DNA of 64,000 nt, taken from IMG/VR virus record IMGVR_UViG_3300029171_000002, positions 1 through 64,000 of that record; one strand, 5' to 3'. This DNA comes from a virus (Duplodnaviria > Caudoviricetes). The notes beneath the pieces were generated by a model, which saw only the letters and a list, made by a program, of their open reading frames with translations, searched no databases and was not told where the DNA came from. Positions within the stretch are counted from its first letter, which is position 1; each line of letters opens with the position of its first letter. This document shows positions 9,042-18,212 of this stretch, one piece after another. The translations under genes were made by a program, and so were the position numbers.

Positions 9042-9608
9042 ATGCCCGAAGAGATTCTCACCAACACCTGCGTTACCTGCAAGGGAATAAAGCCGCAAGC
9101 GACTGGATTTCACAAATCCAAGCAAAACATTTCTGGATACACCGGTAATTGCAAAAGCTGCCTCAAAATTAAGCAACGTGAATACAGAAGCAAAAGTGAT
9201 ATCAAGGAAAAAGTTCGTGGATATCTCAGGAAATACACGCAGAGTCAAAAATTCAAGGACTGCAAAAAGAGATATCAAGGGACTGATAAGTATCGTCATT
9301 GGAAGAAGAGGTTTGAGAAAACAGAGACACGAAAAAAAATTGCGAAGAGATATCATCAGAGTCCTAAGGGTAAAGAACAAAGACACCAGCAATACCTCAA
9401 ACACAAACTTAGGGTTTACGCACGCAGTGCGATTGCTTATGCCCTGAGAGATGGCATTATCACTAGGCCAGACGAGTGCGCGAAATGCGTATCTGAATGC
9501 AAACCAGAAGCTCATCACTATTTGGGATATTCTAAGGAGCATCATTTTTCTATTCAATGGCTTTGCAAGTCGTGTCATTCTGAAATTCATAAAAGTCAAC
9601 GATCATGA
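9042..9608 (+). CDS. Free-standing HNH-type homing endonuclease, antisense to the structural arm
   Basis: CxxC zinc knuckles, EAHH...WLCKSCHSEIH; GGAGG RBS before ATG 9042; A-rich relative to flanks. Confidence 0.75.
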   Translation: MPEEILTNTCVTCKGIKPQATGFHKSKQNISGYTGNCKSCLKIKQREYRSKSDIKEKVRGYLRKYTQSQKFKDCKKRYQGTDKYRHWKKRFEKTETRKKIAKRYHQSPKGKEQRHQQYLKHKLRVYARSAIAYALRDGIITRPDECAKCVSECKPEAHHYLGYSKEHHFSIQWLCKSCHSEIHKSQRS

Positions 9609-10666
9609 ATATGACTTATGTCTAGGGTGTAACGCTCATAAGCCCTGTCAGAACTCAATGGCTTCCATTCGATCTGCGATTGATCCAGAAATATCTTAAA
9701 AGCTGAATCCGATGTCAGGATGAAGCGAAAGAGTTGACCCTTTAAGCATTCTGCTGGTAATCGAATCTCGGCCTTAGACCATCCAGTACCAGAAACTGGT
9801 GTCATGGAGAAAGTGGTAGTAAATCGCAAAGTCTCATCGATCCAAATTTCCATTGTTATAGGACCAGATGAAATTCCTGCCCACCAAATACGCCTAATGA
9901 ATTTCCATCGATTCCATCCAAAATCTAATTCGTATGAATCCATTCGAGTGACGTCAAGTGGGTCCTTGGTCAACTCGAATTGGTGTCCGTAATAGATAAA
10001 GACGTTCTTATTGCCACTGCCATCTACGTAAGGCGGAGGACCATCACCAGTGAACCTGTCAGGATCCGGCCCAACCGTAGGCCCTGAAGTACCCGGCGTC
10101 GGAGTACCCGGAGCTGCAAGAGGGTTGCCCTGCGTCTCAATGAAAACAGTAAGTGCATAGACGATGACGCGGTTGACATCGCTTTCAATGATCTCGGTTA
10201 GGCCCGGGACAATGACGCGATCGACATTTGACTCAATAATTTCAGTAAGTGAGCCTGCCTGAATCTGTTGAATGAAGTCAGATACGACTCCGGTGTCACA
10301 TGCGGTGTTTCCTTGGGCGTTGGTATTGATATCCAGGATCGTTGAATATGGCCCAACGCCATCGCTATTTTCAAACCGCACCCTGATTCGGTATGGCTGA
10401 AACTGGTTGGCCAAATACATGAACTGAAACTGCGGTTGCGTCGACGCATAAAGCAACGCTGTAACGTTTCCGACAACAGCAAAGTTAGTGCACCCTAATC
10501 CATTACATACTTCCACCCTCATCAAGATCCCAGTGCTGGCGGCATCGGTGTTGCTGATGCGAGCCAGAACCGCAATCACTGGACGCTGTCCGTTGGCTAC
10601 AATCGTTCCATCTGGACCGTAGTCAACTAACAGGCAGAGTTGTAATGGTGCTGAGGGAATAGCCAT
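9596..10666 (-). CDS. Tail protein: FN3-like N-terminus, Pro/Gly linker, C-terminal nozzle-type beta-sandwich repeat
   Basis: YRIRVRFENSDGVGPYS; YGHQF...DFGW...KFIRRI resembles repeats at the end of the 11683 gene. Confidence 0.6.
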   Translation of the reverse strand: MAIPSAPLQLCLLVDYGPDGTIVANGQRPVIAVLARISNTDAASTGILMRVEVCNGLGCTNFAVVGNVTALLYASTQPQFQFMYLANQFQPYRIRVRFENSDGVGPYSTILDINTNAQGNTACDTGVVSDFIQQIQAGSLTEIIESNVDRVIVPGLTEIIESDVNRVIVYALTVFIETQGNPLAAPGTPTPGTSGPTVGPDPDRFTGDGPPPYVDGSGNKNVFIYYGHQFELTKDPLDVTRMDSYELDFGWNRWKFIRRIWWAGISSGPITMEIWIDETLRFTTTFSMTPVSGTGWSKAEIRLPAECLKGQLFRFILTSDSAFKIFLDQSQIEWKPLSSDRAYERYTLDISHIHDR

Positions 10667-11679
10667 TATGGGATAACGGTTGTCGCTCCAACTTCAGGGT
10701 TTTGTGCCAATGTCCAGTTACCACCGGCCGGGTTTGTTGTTCTGCGATCCAGTAAGATCGTCGGTGCCACATTCAGATTTCGGATTGTCGAAGGATAATC
10801 CACTCCACTGATTCGGAACGATGGCTCCATGCGGCCCCCGCTGATCTTTATCGGGACCCAGCGTGCCGTGATTGATCGAATCTGAGTCGGTGCTACCAGG
10901 CCATGAGGAGCGATCAAGAAAAACTGTTTCTGCCCATTCGTGATGCTACTCACGAAATCAGCGGTTGAGTAAGGCACCTCATCCACCAGAGTAAATCCGT
11001 CAGTGCCAGTGCTCCTCACCCAGTCGTTATGAAGTGCCACGGCAGAATCACCGATCACAACAGCCATCGGCATTTGCACGATGCCTTCAAGGTCGTTCTC
11101 GGGAGCCGGACCAGTGTCGTCGTTGATATAAAGCGAAGCCCAAAGCGAAGTGCCGGACGTCTCTGGTAGTACCCAGTTATCGATATAGCTTCTGCCAAAT
11201 GCCGTGTCTCCTGTGAACAGAAACTCTTCGGTATTGTCGATCAGGAAGCGACAGACTCCTGCTCCAGTGCCTGAAACCGTGGCCGAAAGGTCATACTTGA
11301 TCTGAAAGTGCCGCCAGCTATCCGCAGGCACGGCGTTAACGCTTTGGGCCTTGATGTTCCCGTTTGTGTCGAGAAAATTAATCTTCCCGGCCCCGTCATG
11401 CGTAAAGCTGCACACCACACTACTCGCCGCCCTGAATTGGAGGAACGTTCCTTTGGCTAGAGCTGTTCTCGGACTCCAATAAAACCCGCTACGCAGTTTC
11501 AGCTTCTGTCCAGGAAGCGATAATGTTCTACTTCCGCTTCCAAAGGGACCGTCAACCGCCAAACAATACGAGCCCACTTGGTCAGGAGTGCTGAACGTAT
11601 TTCTGAAGTCTGTACTGCCTGGCACGGAAAAGATCAGCGTGTCCCGTGCCTTTAAAGGTTCTGTGATGATTCGCGCCAT
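10666..11679 (-). CDS. Tail-associated beta-rich protein (ConA/LamG-like N-terminal region)
   Basis: SWRHFQIKYDL...CRFLIDN pattern; position in tail cluster. Confidence 0.5.
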   Translation of the reverse strand: MARIITEPLKARDTLIFSVPGSTDFRNTFSTPDQVGSYCLAVDGPFGSGSRTLSLPGQKLKLRSGFYWSPRTALAKGTFLQFRAASSVVCSFTHDGAGKINFLDTNGNIKAQSVNAVPADSWRHFQIKYDLSATVSGTGAGVCRFLIDNTEEFLFTGDTAFGRSYIDNWVLPETSGTSLWASLYINDDTGPAPENDLEGIVQMPMAVVIGDSAVALHNDWVRSTGTDGFTLVDEVPYSTADFVSSITNGQKQFFLIAPHGLVAPTQIRSITARWVPIKISGGRMEPSFRISGVDYPSTIRNLNVAPTILLDRRTTNPAGGNWTLAQNPEVGATTVIP

Positions 11680-11682
11680 AGG

Positions 11683-14514
11683 TCACCTATTGAAAACCAG
11701 CCGCTCGAGTTTACCTACCGTATTGGCTGGCAGAGAATGAGTCACAAGCCTGCGTCCTGCGGTATTAATCGTGAAGGTTTCAACCGTCACACCATCGATT
11801 TCCACTCCACACTGCACATCCTGCCCAAAGGTATTGATATCGACCATGAGTTGCCTGAACCTCTTTTCTGCCGGCCATCCACGGTCTACCCAGTCTGTCT
11901 GGGTCTTCCCCACCTCTATTCCATTCAACAGGAAGTTGAAGTAATGCCCGTAAACTTTGACCTCGTACAAAGCCTCCGCGCTTTGCACCTGAACTTTTGC
12001 CAGCTTGCCTTCGGTGTCGATCGGTAGCGATAGAACCGTTCTCTGCCTGGTCGTGGTCTTGACTGCCGTGAACGTAGTCGTTGGAACCGTTGCTCCATCC
12101 AGATAAACCGATACGCTGCAGACCGTGCCTTGGGTATCCAGGTCCATCACGAGTTGCTTGAAATACTTTCGCTCTGGACTACCGTAATCATTCCAATCCC
12201 AACTGGTTTTGTTTAGTTCCCGCGGCTCAGTCCAGTAATTAAACGTCACCTTGTAAAACTTGATGCTCTTCCCTTCGTTGTCTGTGGTGACTCTGAACCC
12301 CACGTTCTTTGAGAAGATGCCGATGCCATTGCTGATCGGCATATTAACCAACTGCCGACCTGTTCCAGCCACCGGATACGTTGTGGTGTAATCGCCGTTG
12401 TTGAAATCTAGCGTCATATCAAAGCTGGCGCCGCCTGGATCTACATCAAAGACAAGCTCAACAAAGTTCTTGTCCTGTTCCGGAGTTCCAAAATCAAAAT
12501 GCCCAGCCCTGAAGCTGAAGTTGATAACGCTTTCTGTCGTGCCCAGCTTGTCTACGTTCCCAACGTCTCTGCGATAGACATAGAGATCAGTGTGTGAGCT
12601 GAAAAGCTTGCCTTGGTACGGCACAGCCAGGTAGGTCGTTACCTGCCGATCAGTCTGCGACCAGCGATTGGCAATCAGGTCAAAGATCAGCTCCCTGCGT
12701 GTGAGCGTATTCGCGCCCTTGTACGACCAATAGAGCTTGTTGTCGAAATATGTCATGCGCTCGTGGTCAAGTTGATTGAACTCGTTGTAGGCAGGCTCGA
12801 GATTCGCTTCCGGGCCACCGGCCACGCCCTGAAACAGAGAGTTCATGTTCTCGCTGATCTTTTCCGAACCAGTGCCGGACAAGCGGTAGATCCCGTCATA
12901 GCTGCGCCAGAAGATCGTGCCCTCGCCTCGTGTAAACGCATACCGCGCAAACAGGCCATGAATCGACCCCAGAGGCAAAGGCTGAAAGCTGTCTGGCCCG
13001 GTGCCGACCATCATGTACATCGTGTTGTCTGTCGCAATGAACATGCGATCATCCAAGCTCAGCATGCGTCTAACGCGGTCACCGCTTTGCGTGATGATCA
13101 CGAAGTTGTCCAGCCTGAACTCCTCGACCCTGAACCGTTCCGAGTACCAGAGCCGATCCACATTACTCAAATCGTTTACCCAAACCCGGTCCCCATGAAT
13201 TGCAAACGTATCCGGATCCATGGGCATGGCAGAGACGGAAACGAGGTCAAACAAGACAGCCGCCGAAAGTGCAGCAGAAACACTCAGCCTGACGTGATAG
13301 GCTTCCACGCCATCAATCGTGTTTTTCTCCCAATTGTCAGGAAAGCGAAAAGTGATAATCCCGTTTACATTGAACGTCCGACCACCATTGCTTGTGCCGT
13401 CTCTGAGATCAGCTGCCTGAATCCAGTTCGCGCCGTCCCAGTACTCAATTGTCAAAGCCGAGACATTCGTGTTTACGTTCGCAGTGGGCAGGCCACTCAC
13501 CGAGTCAATGCCGATCAGGATCTTGCGAAACTGAAGGTCGGCTCCAATCACCAGCCAGTCACCATTAGCAAACGTGCTCAGTGCTCCTATGTCCACATGC
13601 GTGGTAATGCTGTTATCGCCAGCGGCTGCGGTGTAATCGGTGTAGGCACTTCCAGCATTCACGGTCTTCCGAATCGTGGTCGGTCCCATCACTGGGTTTG
13701 AAAACTCGATCTGAGTGACGGCCACTTCTGAGCCAAGGGTCTCGTCAGCCACATCGTCTTCGACAGTCAATGGTGCACCGAAGGCGGTATTGTCAACGGT
13801 CTTCACGAACAGGAACGAGCCTTCAATGGTTCCACCGGTTCTGTAGATATCGATATCTGTAACTTGGCTGTCCGGACTCTGCGGGATCGTCAGGTTGACC
13901 TTGTTGCTTGCCGTCGTCAGCGCCGTCATCTCCGGGCTCAACGGACTCACGCTGCCCGTGTTCCGATTCCTGTACTGAAATGCCCACTGATAATCACCAC
14001 TGAGATTGCCGCCCCCATTCGTTGCAGCCGCAGGCTTTTTGACCGCGCCGGCGATACCAAAACTGGTGATCGTCGCTCCGTCCAGCTTGACTCGCTTATT
14101 CACATCAAACGCGATGGCCTGGATCTTGATCGAGTCGGCGATCTTGTAATTGTCCATCGTCATCGGATTGCCGCTGAAATGCAGATTGTCGGAAACCTGA
14201 AGTTGACTTGGAACGTTAGTCCCCGTCCTGTAATAAAGTTCCGTGCCCGCACCGAAGTACACATGTGTGGGAGCACCCGCAGGCTCTTGCAGCAGGAACC
14301 CCATGGAGTGAACTTCTGCGGCAAACTGAACCGGAGCGATGCTCTGTTCCGTGCCAATTTCAATCGAACCCTTGCGTGGCTGAATGTAGCCACTCCGGTA
14401 AGCTTCCATGTTGAGGTATTGACTGTAATGCGCCTCAGGAAGCTTGTCCGCAGGCCTACCGATGTAGAGGCCAAGGGTTTCGAAGTCTAAAGTTGTATTT
14501 TGCTCAGTTGCCAT
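11683..14514 (-). CDS. Tail nozzle/stabilisation protein (P22 gp10/T7 gp12-like)
   Basis: Beta-propeller segments (RLWYSE...F, GTIFWRSYDGIY, YFDNKLYWSY) and C-terminal sandwich repeats; start moved to MATEQ at 14514. Confidence 0.65.
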   Translation of the reverse strand: MATEQNTTLDFETLGLYIGRPADKLPEAHYSQYLNMEAYRSGYIQPRKGSIEIGTEQSIAPVQFAAEVHSMGFLLQEPAGAPTHVYFGAGTELYYRTGTNVPSQLQVSDNLHFSGNPMTMDNYKIADSIKIQAIAFDVNKRVKLDGATITSFGIAGAVKKPAAATNGGGNLSGDYQWAFQYRNRNTGSVSPLSPEMTALTTASNKVNLTIPQSPDSQVTDIDIYRTGGTIEGSFLFVKTVDNTAFGAPLTVEDDVADETLGSEVAVTQIEFSNPVMGPTTIRKTVNAGSAYTDYTAAAGDNSITTHVDIGALSTFANGDWLVIGADLQFRKILIGIDSVSGLPTANVNTNVSALTIEYWDGANWIQAADLRDGTSNGGRTFNVNGIITFRFPDNWEKNTIDGVEAYHVRLSVSAALSAAVLFDLVSVSAMPMDPDTFAIHGDRVWVNDLSNVDRLWYSERFRVEEFRLDNFVIITQSGDRVRRMLSLDDRMFIATDNTMYMMVGTGPDSFQPLPLGSIHGLFARYAFTRGEGTIFWRSYDGIYRLSGTGSEKISENMNSLFQGVAGGPEANLEPAYNEFNQLDHERMTYFDNKLYWSYKGANTLTRRELIFDLIANRWSQTDRQVTTYLAVPYQGKLFSSHTDLYVYRRDVGNVDKLGTTESVINFSFRAGHFDFGTPEQDKNFVELVFDVDPGGASFDMTLDFNNGDYTTTYPVAGTGRQLVNMPISNGIGIFSKNVGFRVTTDNEGKSIKFYKVTFNYWTEPRELNKTSWDWNDYGSPERKYFKQLVMDLDTQGTVCSVSVYLDGATVPTTTFTAVKTTTRQRTVLSLPIDTEGKLAKVQVQSAEALYEVKVYGHYFNFLLNGIEVGKTQTDWVDRGWPAEKRFRQLMVDINTFGQDVQCGVEIDGVTVETFTINTAGRRLVTHSLPANTVGKLERLVFNR

Positions 14515-16555
14515 TGCTTGCCATGAGTTTCTTGAATAACTCTGCTCCAAACATGAATCGGTTATGACAATACTCAGACCGCATGAGATCTTGGGCTTCT
14601 CCTTGGCGTGAGAGCATGCGCTCCAACACTCCGAACTTGATGTACATCGCGCAATAGTCCGGGACCATCAGTCGATCGGTGAGCAACGAGACATCGCTGG
14701 GCAGAGACGTAGAGACGACGTTTAGCAACGCCGTGGAAGTTGTCGGCTTGCGATCTAACTCAAATCGCTTCAACGGTAAGTGATCGAGATGATACTTCCG
14801 AGGTCGTCCACTCTTCGTCCTCCACTTTGGATCGTCTTTATCCAGGAAGTGCTGATCGGTCTCAAGCAACGGAACATTCCCGTAAGTAATACGATCAATC
14901 TGCATGCTCAGCGGATGCGACGGGTAAAGGCTCTGGCCAGACAGCGTGCTCTGGCTGTCACTGCGCTTCAGCATTTGTGCTTGCCTGATGAATTCCTTTT
15001 GAGTGTAGTTGATGTAGGAAATTACCTCGTCCGCGCTCCACAGCGAACCGCAATCCAAGGTTGCTGGCTCCAGAACCATGGTGGCAATCTCGGCAATCAG
15101 GTCCGCCACCGTGATAGTCGAGAAGTCTCCGGTTAGCGGAGCAATCACAATCGCAGTTCCGGTGATGATGACAACGCCAGAGCCGTGGAAGTGCTTCAGC
15201 AATTGCAGTGTTGCCGTCCCAGAGGTAATGACCCCACCGGTGCCAACATAAAAGAACTGGCCAGGTGTGCTAGGGAAGAACACTGTCGTACCGGCACCAT
15301 CCGTAACAACCCCGCCGGCACTCGGCGTATACAGCTTTCTCAGCGCGAACGTCGCGGCCCCTGTGGTAAGCACCGCGCCACCGGCAATGCTCAGCGTATT
15401 GATGCGCTTGAAGCTGGCCGACCCTGATGTCACAAGTCCACCACTCGCGGTCATCACCTTTCGCAAAGCCAGAGTCGCTACTCCACCGGTCGTCAGAACT
15501 CCACCACTGGCCGTGAATAAGAATTGCCCAGTCGTCTGCCCAGTCAGTGCCAAGGTCGCAAGACCGGTAGTTGTCACGCCGCCACTGCCAATGAAATTAC
15601 GGATAGTCTTTAAGCCAGCGGTCCCACCCGTGACGACGCCACCACTAGCCAGGAATGACTTCAGCAATGCGAAGCCAGCCACCCCGGTCATTGTCAATGC
15701 CGCATTGCCGGTATTGGTGAGATTCTTTCTGAGCGCAAATGCAGCGGCTCCGGAAGTCGTCAAGACTCCAGTAGCCGTATGAGTGAACGTGACCGTGCCC
15801 GTCTGCGTGGATAGTGCTGCGGCACCACTGGTAACAACTCCACCAGTAGCGGTATAGATCTTTCTCAGTCTCAGGCTGGCGATGCCAGTAATCGCCATAG
15901 CACCGCTGCCCACGGTCTGGAATGACCTGATTTTTGTCACCGTCGCGGCCCCGGTCATCGAGAAAATGCCATCCCGCAGAGTCGTCGAAACCTCTCCGGA
16001 AACCGCAGACTCACCGGCAACGTTTGTGGCGGTTACTGCAAAGTAATAGGGAATCCCCAGCTTTAGGCCAGTGAGAGTAATCGCCAAGATGTTTCCAACA
16101 GTGATCGGAGACGCGCCTTGAGCCGCCTCAGTTCCGTCGTAAACTCCCGGACTTGTGCCGTAATAGATCTTGTACCCTGTGGCGTCGTTACTCACAGGAG
16201 CATCCCATTCCAAGTTAACGATGCCCGGGAATTGAGTGGTGTAGTTTTTTCGGAGGCTGAGACTTGCAGAGCCTGTCATCAGCAGGCTCTCACCAGTGCC
16301 AACAAACGTATAGGTCACCGTCCCAGTCTGCTGAGCCAGTGTCGCCTCTCCGGTCGTGGTCACACCGCCCGTCCCGACATAAGACTTCCGCAACTGCAGG
16401 CCAGCCACACCCGACATGCTTAACGCCGTGGCTCCTGCACTTGGCACGGTATATTCAAAGACAACGGATTGAGCGCTCTCTCCAATGGTTGGAGTGGCTA
16501 GAAGGTGGGTAGGCTGTCGCCGTTTTCGCGGCTCTGGTGATCTGTAGTTACTCAT
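14504..16555 (-). CDS. Fibre-adaptor fusion: ~20-aa GGVxTxGxA repeats + FN3 + C-terminal head-tail adaptor ring domain
   Basis: About ten repeats; FN3 LEWDAP...YYFAVTATN; C-terminus aligns with 23837..24499. Confidence 0.7.
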   Translation of the reverse strand: MSNYRSPEPRKRRQPTHLLATPTIGESAQSVVFEYTVPSAGATALSMSGVAGLQLRKSYVGTGGVTTTGEATLAQQTGTVTYTFVGTGESLLMTGSASLSLRKNYTTQFPGIVNLEWDAPVSNDATGYKIYYGTSPGVYDGTEAAQGASPITVGNILAITLTGLKLGIPYYFAVTATNVAGESAVSGEVSTTLRDGIFSMTGAATVTKIRSFQTVGSGAMAITGIASLRLRKIYTATGGVVTSGAAALSTQTGTVTFTHTATGVLTTSGAAAFALRKNLTNTGNAALTMTGVAGFALLKSFLASGGVVTGGTAGLKTIRNFIGSGGVTTTGLATLALTGQTTGQFLFTASGGVLTTGGVATLALRKVMTASGGLVTSGSASFKRINTLSIAGGAVLTTGAATFALRKLYTPSAGGVVTDGAGTTVFFPSTPGQFFYVGTGGVITSGTATLQLLKHFHGSGVVIITGTAIVIAPLTGDFSTITVADLIAEIATMVLEPATLDCGSLWSADEVISYINYTQKEFIRQAQMLKRSDSQSTLSGQSLYPSHPLSMQIDRITYGNVPLLETDQHFLDKDDPKWRTKSGRPRKYHLDHLPLKRFELDRKPTTSTALLNVVSTSLPSDVSLLTDRLMVPDYCAMYIKFGVLERMLSRQGEAQDLMRSEYCHNRFMFGAELFKKLMASNGN

Positions 16556-16556
16556 C

Positions 16557-17030
16557 TTACCCTAGCCTTACGTTTAGAGGAGCGACAGCGGTTGCGCCAA
16601 CGATGTACAGCGAAGAGACAGCAAAATTGTAGGTACTGTTAGCAAGAAACGCATCTGCTGGGAATGTGTACTGAAGCACATTCCCCACATTCACAGAATT
16701 CCCATAAGGAGAAACCCCTCGCAAATCCCAATACAAAATGTATCCCACGGCATTTGTCGCCGCATCCCATGCAATCGTCAGTGGAGCGATGCTGCCACTG
16801 ATGTAGAAGATCGAGCGAATACTGATCGCTGAACCCGTGATAGCCAGAGCCCCGTTACCGACAATGACGTTGCTGGTCAGTGTCGAGACAGCTGCCCCGG
16901 TCATCGTCAACACGCCGCCACTGGCAATGAACGGGAAGTCTTGGGTTGGGAACAGCTCGACCGCAAGGTTTCGGTTGATCCTGTTTCGGGCCTTTGGCCT
17001 GCTGGTTTCCGGAGTTCTGTAGTTGCTCAT
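16557..17030 (-). CDS. Short paralog of the N-terminal part of 14504..16555 (one repeat + FN3)
   Basis: MSNYRTPE start, ASGGVLTMTGAA, IAWDAAT...YNFAVSS. Confidence 0.65.
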   Translation of the reverse strand: MSNYRTPETSRPKARNRINRNLAVELFPTQDFPFIASGGVLTMTGAAVSTLTSNVIVGNGALAITGSAISIRSIFYISGSIAPLTIAWDAATNAVGYILYWDLRGVSPYGNSVNVGNVLQYTFPADAFLANSTYNFAVSSLYIVGATAVAPLNVRLG

Positions 17031-17036
17031 TCATCC

Positions 17037-17507
17037 TTAGCCAATCAGTTCGAATGTCATCACGGCGCTGTAGAAAGTAGTGGCTCCTGGAGCCACATCG
17101 ATCTTGACCACAATCATCCCGCCCGGAGGCAGAATTGGACGAGCCGACTCCACTGGCACATAGCTCCAGCCATTCAACTGGTTCTGGGATTCACGCCAGA
17201 TCATCTTGGTTTCAGTGGCGAAAGTCTCACCGGTCAGAATGTTCTGTCGAGCCGTGCCACCGTGAGCCGCATCACCGTCCTGAATCTTGGAGATTGTTCC
17301 AGCCGCTCCCTTGGCACTCTGATCCGTAGCGGTCTGGAAGATATTCAGAGGTTGCTGCTCCGAAGTTTCCAACGTGTCTTGAGTGACCTTGATTTCGTGG
17401 ATCACGCCGACCATTGTTGTCGGCACCTTGAAAAACATGATCTCGCACACTGCCGCCACCGAGAGTGCGTCCACAACCTGGTTGTACATTCTTCCGTACT
17501 TAGCCAT
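17037..17507 (-). CDS. Virion-region beta-rich protein
   Basis: 156 aa, AAGGAG RBS, co-oriented. Confidence 0.6.
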   Translation of the reverse strand: MAKYGRMYNQVVDALSVAAVCEIMFFKVPTTMVGVIHEIKVTQDTLETSEQQPLNIFQTATDQSAKGAAGTISKIQDGDAAHGGTARQNILTGETFATETKMIWRESQNQLNGWSYVPVESARPILPPGGMIVVKIDVAPGATTFYSAVMTFELIG

Positions 17508-17519
17508 GACTTCTCCTTT

Positions 17520-18200
17520 TCACTTTTTCTTCACGATAAGAACTTTTTCAATCTTGAAAAACTCTGTTGGGAACGTTGGAGCTGCGGCCGCTGCCTTGAC
17601 GGTCGTCGTTACCTGCGCCCACTGGAGCGTTGAGGTCGTCGTCCAGCTCATGACGGTACTGGAACCCGTAGCCGCCTCGTGCGAGCCACGAAGACGAATG
17701 TCAAAGTTTCCGTTAGACGAGAACGTGTCTTCCGTCTGGCCTGTCCCTGGGGTTGGCGACTGCCCGCCGACGTTATAGCCCCAGTCATCCAGAACTATGT
17801 CGCCGTTCGCGCTGTCAATCGCTGTCCCGCTGATTGCTGTCCCGTTCCCGGTCGTTGTGTAGGCGGTTCCGAGTGGGGTTGTGGTATCGCCGCCCGTGAA
17901 CTGGGTACAACGACTTGCAGCAACCGTGCTAGAGTCGGTGGTGACCGTCAGTGTGTGAGCACCCGCAGTTGGGGAAACGAGCTTGAAGATGACGATATCA
18001 ATCGACGCGCCGTTGGTTGCCCGTGCGTACTCAGTCCCGAAAGAGCCGTTGACGCTAGACGAGCAAGTGACGGCAATCCCCGAAGGCACCACCACAGCCA
18101 CGCGGAAGAGTGTGCATCCGCTTGCCGCGGTGATTGAAATAGTGTGGCTCGTCCCTGAATCCTGACTGCCAATTGCTGTTGTCCCTTGTGTTAAGGCCAC
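17520..18200 (-). CDS. Virion protein, paralog of 5382..6065
   Basis: Collinear similarity over about 205 aa. Confidence 0.65.
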   Translation of the reverse strand: MALTQGTTAIGSQDSGTSHTISITAASGCTLFRVAVVVPSGIAVTCSSSVNGSFGTEYARATNGASIDIVIFKLVSPTAGAHTLTVTTDSSTVAASRCTQFTGGDTTTPLGTAYTTTGNGTAISGTAIDSANGDIVLDDWGYNVGGQSPTPGTGQTEDTFSSNGNFDIRLRGSHEAATGSSTVMSWTTTSTLQWAQVTTTVKAAAAAPTFPTEFFKIEKVLIVKKK

Positions 18201-18212
18201 TGGTTAATCCTT

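Noticed and set aside
5382-18200. Paralog pair as diversity-generating retroelement template and variable repeat
   Set aside because: Differences are not adenine-specific, both copies are full genes, and no reverse transcriptase is visible
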